A stretch of DNA of 64,000 nucleotides from a virus, in the IMG/VR virus record IMGVR_UViG_3300020442_000006, positions 96,001 through 160,000 of that record, one strand, 5' to 3'. The position numbers were made by a program, and so were the translations under genes. The notes beneath the pieces were generated by a model, which was not told the DNA's origin, made no database searches, and saw nothing but the letters and a program-made list of their open reading frames with translations. Shown piece by piece: positions 28,190-38,030 of this stretch; the stretch's first letter is position 1; every line of letters starts with the position of its first letter.

Positions 28190-28854
28190 TCGTCTATGTG
28201 CAGTTCCTCTTGAAGTTTTGCCCAGTCGTTTTCAAACCTCTCAAGACCATTGTCTGTGAGGATATGTTTGTACATTTTATTGAAGACTTCGTATGGCATA
28301 GTCACAATGTCTGCCCCTGCATCAAAGCAACGTGCGACGTGGTGCACTTCGCGTACAGATGCAGCAAGGATCTCTGTCTCTACATCGTGCATACGATATA
28401 CTCTAGAGATTGCTTGGACTAATGAAATACCTGAGAAAGAATTGTCGTTCAGTCTGCCAACAAAAGGAGACATCATAGATGCTCCTGCCTTTGCAGCGAG
28501 GATTGCTTGTGCGACTGAAAAGATTAACGTTACGTTTGTACTGATACCATCTGCTGATAGATCACTACAAGCAATCAAACCTTCACGTGTACAGGGTAGT
28601 TTGATTGTGACGTTGGGTGCGATACTATAGTATTCGTTTGCTGCTTCAAGCATTTCTTCAGCAGTATCACCCATAACCTCTGCTGAAATTGAAGCATCCC
28701 AAGAGAACAGATCACTGATTTCCTGTATAACATCTCTTGGATTTCTACCTGCCTTCAACATAAGAGAAGGGTTAGTAGTAACACCATCGATTAGAGAAGT
28801 CTCCATCGCGTGTTGGATAAGTTCGGGGTCCGAACAATCGAGAAAGATTTTCAT
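28186..28854 (-). CDS. talC: transaldolase (TalC/FSA family)
   Basis: IFLD, GVTTNPSL, IKLP, NVTLIFS, SPFVGR, LAASVR. Confidence 0.97.
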   Translation of the reverse strand: MKIFLDCSDPELIQHAMETSLIDGVTTNPSLMLKAGRNPRDVIQEISDLFSWDASISAEVMGDTAEEMLEAANEYYSIAPNVTIKLPCTREGLIACSDLSADGISTNVTLIFSVAQAILAAKAGASMMSPFVGRLNDNSFSGISLVQAISRVYRMHDVETEILAASVREVHHVARCFDAGADIVTMPYEVFNKMYKHILTDNGLERFENDWAKLQEELHIDE

Positions 28855-28895
28855 TCGGCAATACCTCTATCATCTTGTATTATATATCTTAGCAT

Positions 28896-28921
28896 AAAAA
28901 AAACACCCTGTGAAGGGTGTT
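28896..28921 (-). terminator. rho-independent terminator
   Basis: AACACCCT-TCAC-AGGGTGTT plus T-run. Confidence 0.8.
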
Positions 28922-28945
28922 CGTTTCACGAAGTTATATCTAAGA

Positions 28946-29089
28946 TTAACTCTTAGATGCGAACTTACGCTCAACCTTGATGCCTCTGTACATCATTTCG
29001 TGGTTACGATTTGATTGTGCTTCGGCGAGTACCTTTGCTTTGTACTCTTTAGCGTTGTACTTAACGCCTCTGTAAGTAATTAGTTCCAT
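28946..29089 (-). CDS. DUF4278-like small protein (47 aa)
   Basis: Manual ORF MELITYRGVKYN...MMYRGIKV with two YRG motifs and AGGAG SD. Confidence 0.8.
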   Translation of the reverse strand: MELITYRGVKYNAKEYKAKVLAEAQSNRNHEMMYRGIKVERKFASKS

Positions 29090-29123
29090 TGAAATACTCC
29101 TAAAGTAGTTGGATGTTTTAAGT

Positions 29124-29370
29124 CCGTTCCTTTAGTCGTTTGCGTCCCACGGACATTCAGGAGTTGCCTCTTGAATGACTTGAACCAACTCGATCTTCTC
29201 CCCAGGGGAGAGTTGTTCGTGCCCCTGTACGTTTTGGATAAACCTCAACGCATCGTGACACTGAATATCGGTGTACATTAACAGCAACAAGTGCATTAAC
29301 ATAGTTGTTCAAGCATAGGGATGAACGCTCCGTTCCGCGACTTACTTGCGTCCTCCAAGGAGGATGAACG
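29124..29370 (-). ncRNA. tandem glutamine-riboswitch-like (glnA/Downstream-peptide-like) elements
   Basis: Two CGTTCA-TCC(C)...GG(G)A-CGCAA-N-GGAACGG units upstream of a DUF4278-like gene. Confidence 0.6.
29132..29296 (-). CDS. small protein (54 aa) nested in the riboswitch-like RNA
   Basis: Manual ORF MHLLLLMYTDIQCHDAL...EATPECPWDAND. Confidence 0.65.
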   Translation of the reverse strand: MHLLLLMYTDIQCHDALRFIQNVQGHEQLSPGEKIELVQVIQEATPECPWDAND

Positions 29371-29445
29371 TATGGATATGATAACATACCCTGTATTATT
29401 TAGCAACATCTTTCTTTTTGTAACGTTTTCTATTCCTACGGATAC

Positions 29446-30075
29446 CTATACCTTTATCTCGTTTAAGATCCCGCTTAAGTTGCCTGAGGAACTTAAGATG
29501 TAGTTTAAGTTGATTATGCATCGATAGTCATTGTACTGCGGATTACTGCTCGCGTGAAAGTTATGACCATCGAAGATAATAAACCTACCTTGACGTGGTT
29601 CGATCTTAGTTTTCAGCGTCAGTTTCTTACGTGATCCATCGTACATTTCATTGAAGAAGAACGTAGGACCATCTGAATCGTTCACATAATACAGCAACGT
29701 CATATGTGGAAAATCATAATCCACGTGTGGTGTATGGTATAGATGCTTCGATTCTTTCTTAGTTAATAGATTGATTTTGATACGTCTGAACTTTTCAAAG
29801 TCTCCTAGTTCGTCAGCGAAGTTCTCAGAAATATATTTCCACAGTGGTTCCACCACAATATCCCAAGCGTGTTGGGAAGAAATTTCTCCGTGGTTGTTTA
29901 CAACTGTGTGCTGAAACTGGGGATCCTCCCCCGACAATTCATCGGGGATAGAATCATTGAACTTAGGGTCATACCCAGTTGTTTCAGTAATCATATACCA
30001 AGGCCAATACGGACTATTCAATAGTCTTGCCTTGATGGGTTCCGACACAGTGGTCGGGACTTCACCAATAAACAT
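29446..30075 (-). CDS. 2OG-Fe(II) oxygenase
   Basis: PHVD...LLYYVNDSDG...FDGHNFHAS...RCIIN. Confidence 0.88.
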   Translation of the reverse strand: MFIGEVPTTVSEPIKARLLNSPYWPWYMITETTGYDPKFNDSIPDELSGEDPQFQHTVVNNHGEISSQHAWDIVVEPLWKYISENFADELGDFEKFRRIKINLLTKKESKHLYHTPHVDYDFPHMTLLYYVNDSDGPTFFFNEMYDGSRKKLTLKTKIEPRQGRFIIFDGHNFHASSNPQYNDYRCIINLNYILSSSGNLSGILNEIKV

Positions 30076-30077
30076 AG

Positions 30078-31268
30078 TTAAAGTTTGAAACCAGAGAACG
30101 TATCTTTTTTAATGTCTTGTTTGATTGCTCCTACAACATAGGATTCAATCTCTGTTTCCTGTGGTGCATTCTGTTGACCTTTAGAGTTCAACCAATGATT
30201 TGTCCAAGGAAGTGGATTGTTTCTAGCAGGAATATCGTAGATAGGATCGATGCCGATCGCTTTCATTCTACGGTTAGCAGTCCACTCAACATATTGTCCG
30301 AGAAGTTTAGCATTGAGTCCGATCATTGAACCATCTTTGAACAGATACTCTGCCCAGTCCTTCTCTTCTTCTACACAACGTTGGAACATTTCAACAACGT
30401 TGTCTTTTTCCTCTTTGATGATGTCGATCATATCAGGATCGTCACCGTCTGCCCACTTGTTAAGAATGTTCTGAGTGATTACGAGGTGCTGTGATTCATC
30501 ACGTGCAATAAGTGAAATGATCTTAGCAGATCCTTCCATCTTTTTAAGTTCACCGAATCCAAAAGAACAAGCGAATGAAACATAGAAGCGAATACCCTCA
30601 AGGATATTCACATTCATAACTGCTCTATAGAGTCTACGCTTAAGTTCTTTCTTCTCCCAGTAAGCAGAAGGAGAATCTTTCCAGTCCTTCTTCCACCAGT
30701 TACCTTGTCCCCATTCCTGTGCGTAGTTGATGAACTCATCATACGCTTCAGTCACAGACTTAGCACGTGCAATAATTCTTTCGTCGTCAAGAATCGTATC
30801 GAAAACCTCTTCTGGATTTGAGTAAACGTTCTTGATGATGTATGTGTAAGAGCGACTATGGATCATCTCCATAAACTCCCACGCAATCATCGCAGACTCA
30901 AGTTCAGGTAGTGAGCAATATGGAATGAATGCCATCCCAGGACCACGACCTTGTACAGAGTCAAGGAGGATCTGGTACCGTAGATTGCTCGTAAAGATGT
31001 GCTTTTGTGCATCAGTTAATTCTTGAAAGTCAGAACGATCCTTTTGGAGAGACACCTCTTCGGGTCTCCAGAAGAATCCTAATTGTGAATTGGTTAGTCT
31101 ATCAAAGACAGGATACTTAAAACCATCGTATCTCTGGACACCAAGTGGTTGTCCAAAGAACATAGGTTGTTTCTTAGTATCGTGTTGTGTTTGATTAAAT
31201 ACTGTAATTTTATCGATGCCTGTTTTTTTATTGTCTTCGGATGAGACCTTAAACTTTGCAACTGTCAC
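30078..31268 (-). CDS. nrdB: ribonucleotide reductase class Ia beta subunit
   Basis: FFWRPEEV, EMIHSRSY, LEGIRFYVSF, RDESQH, QETEIESY. Confidence 0.98.
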   Translation of the reverse strand: MTVAKFKVSSEDNKKTGIDKITVFNQTQHDTKKQPMFFGQPLGVQRYDGFKYPVFDRLTNSQLGFFWRPEEVSLQKDRSDFQELTDAQKHIFTSNLRYQILLDSVQGRGPGMAFIPYCSLPELESAMIAWEFMEMIHSRSYTYIIKNVYSNPEEVFDTILDDERIIARAKSVTEAYDEFINYAQEWGQGNWWKKDWKDSPSAYWEKKELKRRLYRAVMNVNILEGIRFYVSFACSFGFGELKKMEGSAKIISLIARDESQHLVITQNILNKWADGDDPDMIDIIKEEKDNVVEMFQRCVEEEKDWAEYLFKDGSMIGLNAKLLGQYVEWTANRRMKAIGIDPIYDIPARNNPLPWTNHWLNSKGQQNAPQETEIESYVVGAIKQDIKKDTFSGFKL

Positions 31269-33564
31269 AGTCTTCCTCTGCCTCCAAAAGTTCGTTTACT
31301 AGTTGATCAACGCTTTGCGTTAGTTGTACGGTTGGTTCTTCTTCACCATCTTTCTTATTGTCATAAGTGTTATGATAGTAACTTGTCTTCCAACCGTACT
31401 TGTAAGTAGTCAATAGGTCCATTGCCATAACGGAAGAGGGGACTTCGTTGTTTTCATAATTGCCTGGATTATAACTCCAGTTGCCACTGATTGCTTGGTC
31501 GAAGAACTTTTGCATCACAGCGACAATTTTAATATAACCTTCGTTGGAAGGCATATCCCATAGTAGGGTGTATTTATTTTTTAAGTATGGAAAACCTGGA
31601 ACAATCTGCTTAAGAGGTCCTTTCTTTGATTTCTTAATGGACAAGTAGTCTCTAGGCGGTTCGATTCCATTGGTAGCGTTTGACACAACGGAACTAGATT
31701 CCGATGGCATTTGTGCGGACAGAGTGCTGTGCCTGAGTCCGAACTCTTTGATAGAAGACCTAAGACTATCCCAATCATAAGCAAGATCTACGTTTGTAAT
31801 TTCATCTACCTCACTCTTATATGTATCGATAGGAAGAATTCCATCTGCATACTTTGTGTGTTGGAATCCATCACACGCACCCTTCTCCATTGCCAGAGCA
31901 TTTGATGCCTTGAGCAAGTTGAATTGGAATGACTCAGTTAGTTGATGAACGATGTCATATGCACCCTGATCATCATACTTGAAACCATTCTTAGCAAGGT
32001 AATGTGCAAGACCAATGTAACCAATACCAAGTGAACGACGTGCAAGAGTAGAACGTTCTGCTGCCTTCACAGGATACTTCTGATAGTCAATCAGTTCTTC
32101 CAGACCACGGACTGCAAGGTCACATAGTTCCTCCATCTCATTGAGGTTACGAAGTTTACCTACGTTGATAGCAGAGAGAATACACAATGCAATCTCACCA
32201 CCATCATCATCAATGTGAGAGATAGGATCTGTGGGAAGAGTAATCTCTTGACAAAGGTTAGACATATTAACCTTGTCTTTGAATGAGGAGTGAGAGTTAC
32301 AGTGATCGATATTCATAATGTAAATACGACCAGTCTCTGCTCTCTCTTTCAAAAGTGAGAGAATGATTTGGTTGGCGGGGACAGTCCGTCTAGCAATTTT
32401 CTCGTCCTGTTCGTACTTGGTGTAAAGATCGTCAAACAGATCAGTCCCAAAAGCATCATATAGACCAGGCACATCGTGAGGGGAGAATAGGGAGATGTCT
32501 TCACCTTGAATAAACCTTTCGTAGAATAGTTTAGAGATCTGAATACTATAGTCAAGTTTCCTGACTCTGTTGTCTTCAGTACCCTTGTTGTTTTTAAGAA
32601 CAAGAATATCTTCTATCTCTTGGTGCCAGATAGGAAAGTGAACTGTAGCAGAACCACCTCTGATACCGTTTTGCGTACAGCATCTGACAGTTGCTTCAAA
32701 CTTTTTGAGGAAGGGGACAACACCTGTGTGTTGTACCTCTCCGCCTCTGATTTTAGAGTTGATCCCACGGATCCTGCCTGCGTTAATGCCGATACCAGCA
32801 CGTTGTGCGACGTATTTACCAATAGCCATATCACTGCTAAAGATACCATCGAGGGTGTCATCAACATCAACGAGAACACAAGATGCAAATTGACGCATTG
32901 GTGTCCGAACCCCCGCGAGGACTGGTGTTGGGAGGTTGATTTTTCCTTTGGAGGTTGCTGTGTAGTAGCGTTGTACATACTCTAGACGACTGTTTTTAGG
33001 ATAGTCTTGGAAGAGTGTTGCCGCAACCATAATGTACATATACTGAGGAGTCTCATATAGAATCCCAGTGCTTCTATCCTGTACTAGATACTTATCTACA
33101 ATCTGTCTCAACCCTGCATAGGTGAAACCCATACAACGTTCGTGATCAATATAACTGTTAAGGCAATCCCACTCTACAGGACTGTACTTATTTAGAATGT
33201 CACCATCGTACACACCTGCCTCTACGCAACGTTGTACGTGGTCGTGAAGATGTGGGTAACCAACTTCGTCTGCCCACTCAGGGAACACCTGCTTCCTCAC
33301 ATCAAACAGAAGAAGACGAGCAGCAACGTACTGATAGTTAGGAGACTCCATATCAATCAGATCACTAGCAGACCTGATCAGAATCTCTTGGATTTCTTTT
33401 GTCTTAATGCCATCAAAGAATTGAATGTTGGCATTCATTTCCACTTGTGACTCACTTACACCAGTGAGACCTTCACACGCTAACTCAACCATCTTGTGTA
33501 CCTTGTCGAGGTTGAGAGGGACGGGAGTACCGTCTCTTTTAATTACGTTCATACTTTCTTCCAT
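31249..33564 (-). CDS. nrdA: ribonucleotide reductase class Ia alpha subunit
   Basis: ATP cone VIKRDG, SCVL, SNLCQEI, QMPSESSS, C-terminal CxxC; no intein. Confidence 0.98.
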   Translation of the reverse strand: MEESMNVIKRDGTPVPLNLDKVHKMVELACEGLTGVSESQVEMNANIQFFDGIKTKEIQEILIRSASDLIDMESPNYQYVAARLLLFDVRKQVFPEWADEVGYPHLHDHVQRCVEAGVYDGDILNKYSPVEWDCLNSYIDHERCMGFTYAGLRQIVDKYLVQDRSTGILYETPQYMYIMVAATLFQDYPKNSRLEYVQRYYTATSKGKINLPTPVLAGVRTPMRQFASCVLVDVDDTLDGIFSSDMAIGKYVAQRAGIGINAGRIRGINSKIRGGEVQHTGVVPFLKKFEATVRCCTQNGIRGGSATVHFPIWHQEIEDILVLKNNKGTEDNRVRKLDYSIQISKLFYERFIQGEDISLFSPHDVPGLYDAFGTDLFDDLYTKYEQDEKIARRTVPANQIILSLLKERAETGRIYIMNIDHCNSHSSFKDKVNMSNLCQEITLPTDPISHIDDDGGEIALCILSAINVGKLRNLNEMEELCDLAVRGLEELIDYQKYPVKAAERSTLARRSLGIGYIGLAHYLAKNGFKYDDQGAYDIVHQLTESFQFNLLKASNALAMEKGACDGFQHTKYADGILPIDTYKSEVDEITNVDLAYDWDSLRSSIKEFGLRHSTLSAQMPSESSSVVSNATNGIEPPRDYLSIKKSKKGPLKQIVPGFPYLKNKYTLLWDMPSNEGYIKIVAVMQKFFDQAISGNWSYNPGNYENNEVPSSVMAMDLLTTYKYGWKTSYYHNTYDNKKDGEEEPTVQLTQSVDQLVNELLEAEEDCDSCKV

Positions 33565-34547
33565 TGAGATAGTTTTAGTTTTGCTTCTAATCCTGAGTAG
33601 GTATTTGATTCTACCAGGTTTTGTACGTTGTGTCCTGCAAGAACCATATCATTAAGGTCCTTTTGTTGTATTCCTGACGGAAAGATTACTACTTTGTAAC
33701 CTCTACCGATGGTGGCGGCGATCCTGTCGGTAATCTCTTTATTCCTTGGTTCGTTATCAAAAACAAAAACACAATCGCTCCAACCAAGCGACCTAGGATC
33801 AAGATCGGACCCACACATAGCAGCACCGTTTTCCAAGAAGAGGGAATCAAACGGTCCTTCCACGAGGTAGACGGTCCGTCCACTGTCCAGTCGGTCCTGC
33901 CCGAATACTTTTGTCTTAGTTTCATCGTATAGAATAGTAATGTAACGGAGACGAGAATTTGGCATTAGGGATCTACCCTGCACACCAAACCATTTTCCGT
34001 CTTTATCAATCAGAGGAATGATGATACGGGGTCGATCATTCTGGAGGTTGTCAAATGTATGTTTCTGCGAATTGACATACTCTTTGAACTTTTCTGCATA
34101 GTATATAAGGTCAAGTTTTGACCCTGTAATGCCACGTTGTTCAAGGTATTGTCTTGCGGGATGTTCTGTATTTAGACTAGAAATAGTTGGGAGGTTAGTC
34201 CCTGTATTAAATACTGGTTTTGCTTTGAACACATCAGATTTTGGGTTAGCAACCCTTGTCCTTTTGCCTGTCAAACCATCCTTGTATCGCTCTAAAACGT
34301 ACTGATCATATATGTCTCGTGCTTGGTCTTTTAAGAAGTTGCCAAGAGTTCTCCCTACCCCACAGTTATGACACTTAAAGATGATGTCATTCTGTTTAGT
34401 AAAGAAATACCCTCTCGCTTTCGATGCCTGCTTCTGGGAGTCTCCACAGTAGGGACATCTAAAGTTGTAGAGGGTAGATTTTTTTTCTTTGAACTTATCA
34501 AGTCTGCTCCCGACAATGCGAGCATACTTGATGTCAATGAAACTCAT
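33549..34547 (-). CDS. gp61: DNA primase gp61
   Basis: CPYCGDS...CHNC zinc finger, EGPFDS, DNEPRN, KDLND. Confidence 0.96.
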   Translation of the reverse strand: MSFIDIKYARIVGSRLDKFKEKKSTLYNFRCPYCGDSQKQASKARGYFFTKQNDIIFKCHNCGVGRTLGNFLKDQARDIYDQYVLERYKDGLTGKRTRVANPKSDVFKAKPVFNTGTNLPTISSLNTEHPARQYLEQRGITGSKLDLIYYAEKFKEYVNSQKHTFDNLQNDRPRIIIPLIDKDGKWFGVQGRSLMPNSRLRYITILYDETKTKVFGQDRLDSGRTVYLVEGPFDSLFLENGAAMCGSDLDPRSLGWSDCVFVFDNEPRNKEITDRIAATIGRGYKVVIFPSGIQQKDLNDMVLAGHNVQNLVESNTYSGLEAKLKLSQWKKV

Positions 34548-34555
34548 TCAACTTT

Positions 34556-34936
34556 TTATTCGACGCTTCTAATGATACTTGATTGATTGCTTCCTGTCAA
34601 CATAGGTCCGATAACTCTCTGTCCTATGGGTGAGAGGATAAAACTGATGACTGTAAGAGCACCTGCGATAGTCCACATCTTTTTCTCTATCATACGGAGT
34701 CTTTCATCTACCAGACGGATGTCTCTCTCACATCCTTTCTTGATTGCATCTGTCTCTCTGGTGATGTCTTGATGTATTCTGTCAACTTTTTCAAACAAAA
34801 TGTTATCTATCTCGTCTTGTTTGCTTAGTTTTTCATTGTGTACAGCAAGAAGTTGACCCATCTTTACAGAGTTCTCCTGTAATGAATCAACTACTCGTTC
34901 GAGTCTCTCAATTATAGCGGTGTTAATATCAGACAT
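34556..34936 (-). CDS. coiled-coil protein with C-terminal TM
   Basis: Heptad-rich, EKKMWTIAGALTVISFIL; start at MSDINT. Confidence 0.65.
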   Translation of the reverse strand: MSDINTAIIERLERVVDSLQENSVKMGQLLAVHNEKLSKQDEIDNILFEKVDRIHQDITRETDAIKKGCERDIRLVDERLRMIEKKMWTIAGALTVISFILSPIGQRVIGPMLTGSNQSSIIRSVE

Positions 34937-36777
34937 TACATTGCTGCCTGGCGTTTCTCCCAATAATAGTGCATCACTTGAGCAGGAAGCATCCGAGTAA
35001 TCTTAATACCTTTCAACCTCTCTGGTCTATAAATTTTACGAAGTCTTATCTTGACATCAGCAGGTGACTTACCTTGGAATATAAATTCAACGTCATCCAT
35101 CTGCACAAGGAAAGATAGGTATCTTGCCTCGGTAGATTCACATATTTTATTTATGCCATCAGGAGATTTCTTACACTTTGCTTTCTTCTTTGTTAACTTT
35201 GGACCCTTACCTTTCAACTTGGCAGTACCACCCAACGGTTGATCCATACCTGCGGTTGGTCCGTTCTCATCAGCATCAGAGGAGAATCCTGCTGCACTAG
35301 CATTAGATCCTGTACTCATAGTAGGTGCACCTTCCTCGTGCACAAACTTCATACCCTTGATTGCTTTATCCTTAAGTGCCTGACGTTTCTTAGGATCCAT
35401 ATTCTTTTCGTAGTCTGCTAGTTTAGCAGCAAACTTTCTGTTATCCATCTTCTTGATAACTGCTCTGTCTTTCTTGTCAGGTCCTGTGTATGCTGCTTCA
35501 TCAACAAACTTGACAGGCATTGATACTGTTCCTTTTCCTGGAACATACTTTGTAGTTCTAGGTTTCTTAGGATCATCACTCTTGAAGTCCCTATGAATCT
35601 TAGCGTATTCCTTTTTGGTCATCTTCAATTCTTCTTTCTGGACCTTCTTCTTATCAAACTTCTTACCGATCTTACCACCAATCTTAGATCCAACAACACC
35701 ACCTACCACATCACCTACAGGTAGAGGACCGTCAAGTGCACCAAGAGCAAGTGCTCCACCGATACCACCTACAACAGAACCAATTCTCTCACCCTTACCA
35801 ACCTTCTTATCTGCTGCCATCTTATTGATACGCTTCTTAGTGACAGCACTGAACTTCTCCAGTTGCATCTCTTCCTTCACGCCCTTAGTTTTTACACCAC
35901 GCTTTTCCTTGTGTGCTTTGTGTCTCTTATCCATTGCCACAAGTCTCTCAGCAGGATCAGCAGCGTTACCACCTTCACCTGTATGTCTTACGTTCCTGAT
36001 AGATGCTTTACCATAGTTAGAACGACCACGTTCCTGACTTAATCTTTGACCGTCACTATCCTTTTGTCTTTCAAGAATAACCTCTTCGTTCTTTGGTTCT
36101 TCTTTTTTCTTTTTCTTTGATGCCAACTTACCACCTGCAATAGCACCTGCAGCACCACCTACACCGTGACCGATTGCTTTACCAACCTGTTTACCAATGG
36201 CACCACCAACAAGAGGAACAGTTCCTGATCCTACTGCTTGACCAACAGCACCACCAATCTTTCTACCAACTGTAGAACCTACTGCATATCCTGCACCTGA
36301 ACCAACTGCCTTACGAACTCTATTACCTTTCTTTGCAGTCAATGCTCCTGCAGTACCTGCCGCTGCTGTTCCTACGAACTCTTTAATATCTTCTTTCTTT
36401 TTCTTCTTACTAATACTTCCCTGTCTGGTGTTGCTATGATCTGCCCCACCTGGAACCACAGTCATTGCTTGTACTGCGTATGCTTCCTTATGTGTTTTGC
36501 CTGGCATTATTGTACCATCAGGCATCTTATGTGCATTCTTCTTAGGACCATAGGTGATACAAGGATCTTTACCACACCCACAGTTCTTTGGTTTTTTCTC
36601 TTCCCCAATCTTCTGAGGTAAATTCTTTTCTTTTGTTTTAGCAAACTTATTAACTGCCTTCGCCCCCATATCTTTTGCAGCACGTTTCAGTTCGGGCGAT
36701 GGATCTTTCATCTCTCCCTTCTGGGTGGCACGAACCATTCCCATAAATTTACGTTGTGCTACGGATTTTGCAGGCAT
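34936..36777 (-). CDS. modular basic protein, probable internal head polyprotein
   Basis: 613 aa of Lys-rich and Gly-zipper modules separated by xxE/EE motifs. Confidence 0.6.
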   Translation of the reverse strand: MPAKSVAQRKFMGMVRATQKGEMKDPSPELKRAAKDMGAKAVNKFAKTKEKNLPQKIGEEKKPKNCGCGKDPCITYGPKKNAHKMPDGTIMPGKTHKEAYAVQAMTVVPGGADHSNTRQGSISKKKKKEDIKEFVGTAAAGTAGALTAKKGNRVRKAVGSGAGYAVGSTVGRKIGGAVGQAVGSGTVPLVGGAIGKQVGKAIGHGVGGAAGAIAGGKLASKKKKKEEPKNEEVILERQKDSDGQRLSQERGRSNYGKASIRNVRHTGEGGNAADPAERLVAMDKRHKAHKEKRGVKTKGVKEEMQLEKFSAVTKKRINKMAADKKVGKGERIGSVVGGIGGALALGALDGPLPVGDVVGGVVGSKIGGKIGKKFDKKKVQKEELKMTKKEYAKIHRDFKSDDPKKPRTTKYVPGKGTVSMPVKFVDEAAYTGPDKKDRAVIKKMDNRKFAAKLADYEKNMDPKKRQALKDKAIKGMKFVHEEGAPTMSTGSNASAAGFSSDADENGPTAGMDQPLGGTAKLKGKGPKLTKKKAKCKKSPDGINKICESTEARYLSFLVQMDDVEFIFQGKSPADVKIRLRKIYRPERLKGIKITRMLPAQVMHYYWEKRQAAM

Positions 36778-37148
36778 CAGAGGTCACTCAACTGTTTACT
36801 TACGGATGCATCAATCTCAACATAATCTAAGGTCCCGCATCCTGTCTCGGGGTATCTATTTAGATAGAGTAAATATGTTTTAAGGATGTCCCAATACTGT
36901 TTGTCAACCTTGAAGACTAACAAAGGTATGGCAGCATCACCAAATACATTGAATAGTACGATCAAATGATTCAGAATCAAATGGTTACGAAGAACCCCAG
37001 TCTTTATGTATCTCCCGAAGAGACGCTTCAAATATTTGAAGCGCATCATATCTTCAAGAAAATCATCATAAGTAACTGACTGGGGATTATCGTAGTGTTT
37101 CATAGCGAACATCATAAAGTTGTCCGCTGTGAGTATATCAAATTGCAT
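36777..37148 (-). CDS. conserved T4-like hypothetical protein
   Basis: FAMKHYDNPQ, RFKYLKRL, LILNHLIVLFNVF. Confidence 0.8.
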   Translation of the reverse strand: MQFDILTADNFMMFAMKHYDNPQSVTYDDFLEDMMRFKYLKRLFGRYIKTGVLRNHLILNHLIVLFNVFGDAAIPLLVFKVDKQYWDILKTYLLYLNRYPETGCGTLDYVEIDASVSKQLSDL

Positions 37149-37165
37149 TACAAAGAAAGGTTTAA

Positions 37166-37951
37166 TTAACTAACGAAACTTAAAGTAGCGACACTACTTA
37201 CAACTTCTGCGGCACCCTTACTGGTGTTAATTTTAACTCTGTACTGGTTACCATCATTTGCTTCAGTCTGACCTGTCAATGCAAGAGATGCACTGGTTGC
37301 ACCAGATACATTACTGAATCTTCCAGAGGAAGATGTTCTCTTCTGCCACTGATAGGTGATAGTACCTGACTGATCCACAGTTGCTGCAACACTGAAGGTT
37401 GCTGCACCAGAAGATGTGTTTTGGTTAGCAGGTTGAGTACCAATAGTAATGGTCTCAAGCACGTCTGCTGCCACTGTATCATCAGCGTCGTCACCAGATA
37501 CGTTTGCTGCAACTCTAAGTGCTGCAAGTTTTTCTGCCTTGTGACGTGTAGTTCCACCTGCTGTGTTGTATGTTCTATACAACCACCAACCAGGTCCGTC
37601 AATACCACGAGTCTTGTTAGATGCGATACCATCTTCAGTCTCATCAACGAAGATAAGTTGATAGTCTGTGATGCTGTCGCCACCTTTAACTACATACTCA
37701 GCAACTGCCTTAGGAGGAGTTCTCCTTACAGCACCAGACAAACCTGCGTTTGTTGAACCTGCATATGCTTTGTGCAATTCGATTGCAGTTGTACTTGTAA
37801 CTTGTTTGACGATGTAAGCGACGTTTGCCAATTCTAGAACATCTCCGACAACAACGGTGTCGGCGGCATTCTTAGTAACTGTTGCGTCACCATTTGTGAC
37901 CGCGACATTATTGGAGAACGTTGCTGCGTCGATTTTGCCCAGAATGGCCAT
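37166..37951 (-). CDS. virion structural protein with C-terminal Ig-like domain
   Basis: PGWWLYRTY; ITIGTQP...FSVAA...YQWQK...YRVKI Ig-fold pattern; late promoter at 37982-37989. Confidence 0.75.
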   Translation of the reverse strand: MAILGKIDAATFSNNVAVTNGDATVTKNAADTVVVGDVLELANVAYIVKQVTSTTAIELHKAYAGSTNAGLSGAVRRTPPKAVAEYVVKGGDSITDYQLIFVDETEDGIASNKTRGIDGPGWWLYRTYNTAGGTTRHKAEKLAALRVAANVSGDDADDTVAADVLETITIGTQPANQNTSSGAATFSVAATVDQSGTITYQWQKRTSSSGRFSNVSGATSASLALTGQTEANDGNQYRVKINTSKGAAEVVSSVATLSFVS

Positions 37952-37981
37952 CTTGATTTACTCCGAATGTTTCCTATATTT

Positions 37982-38017
37982 TATTTATACAAACACGAAA
38001 GGGACCCGAAGGTCCCT
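37982..38017 (-). terminator. UUCG terminator followed by late promoter TATAAATA
   Basis: GGGACC-TTCG-GGTCCC-TTT at 37998-38017; TATAAATA at 37982-37989. Confidence 0.7.
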
Positions 38018-38030
38018 AGTGCCTGTGAGA

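Noticed and set aside
29157-29503. Track ORFs 29157-29387 (-) and 29321-29503 (+)
   Set aside because: They cross the structured RNA out of frame with the better-supported 54-aa ORF and lack SD or motifs
31249-33564. Possible intein or intron in nrdA (also checked psbA, gp41, gp43, thyX)
   Set aside because: All are uninterrupted and of normal length, with no splice motifs
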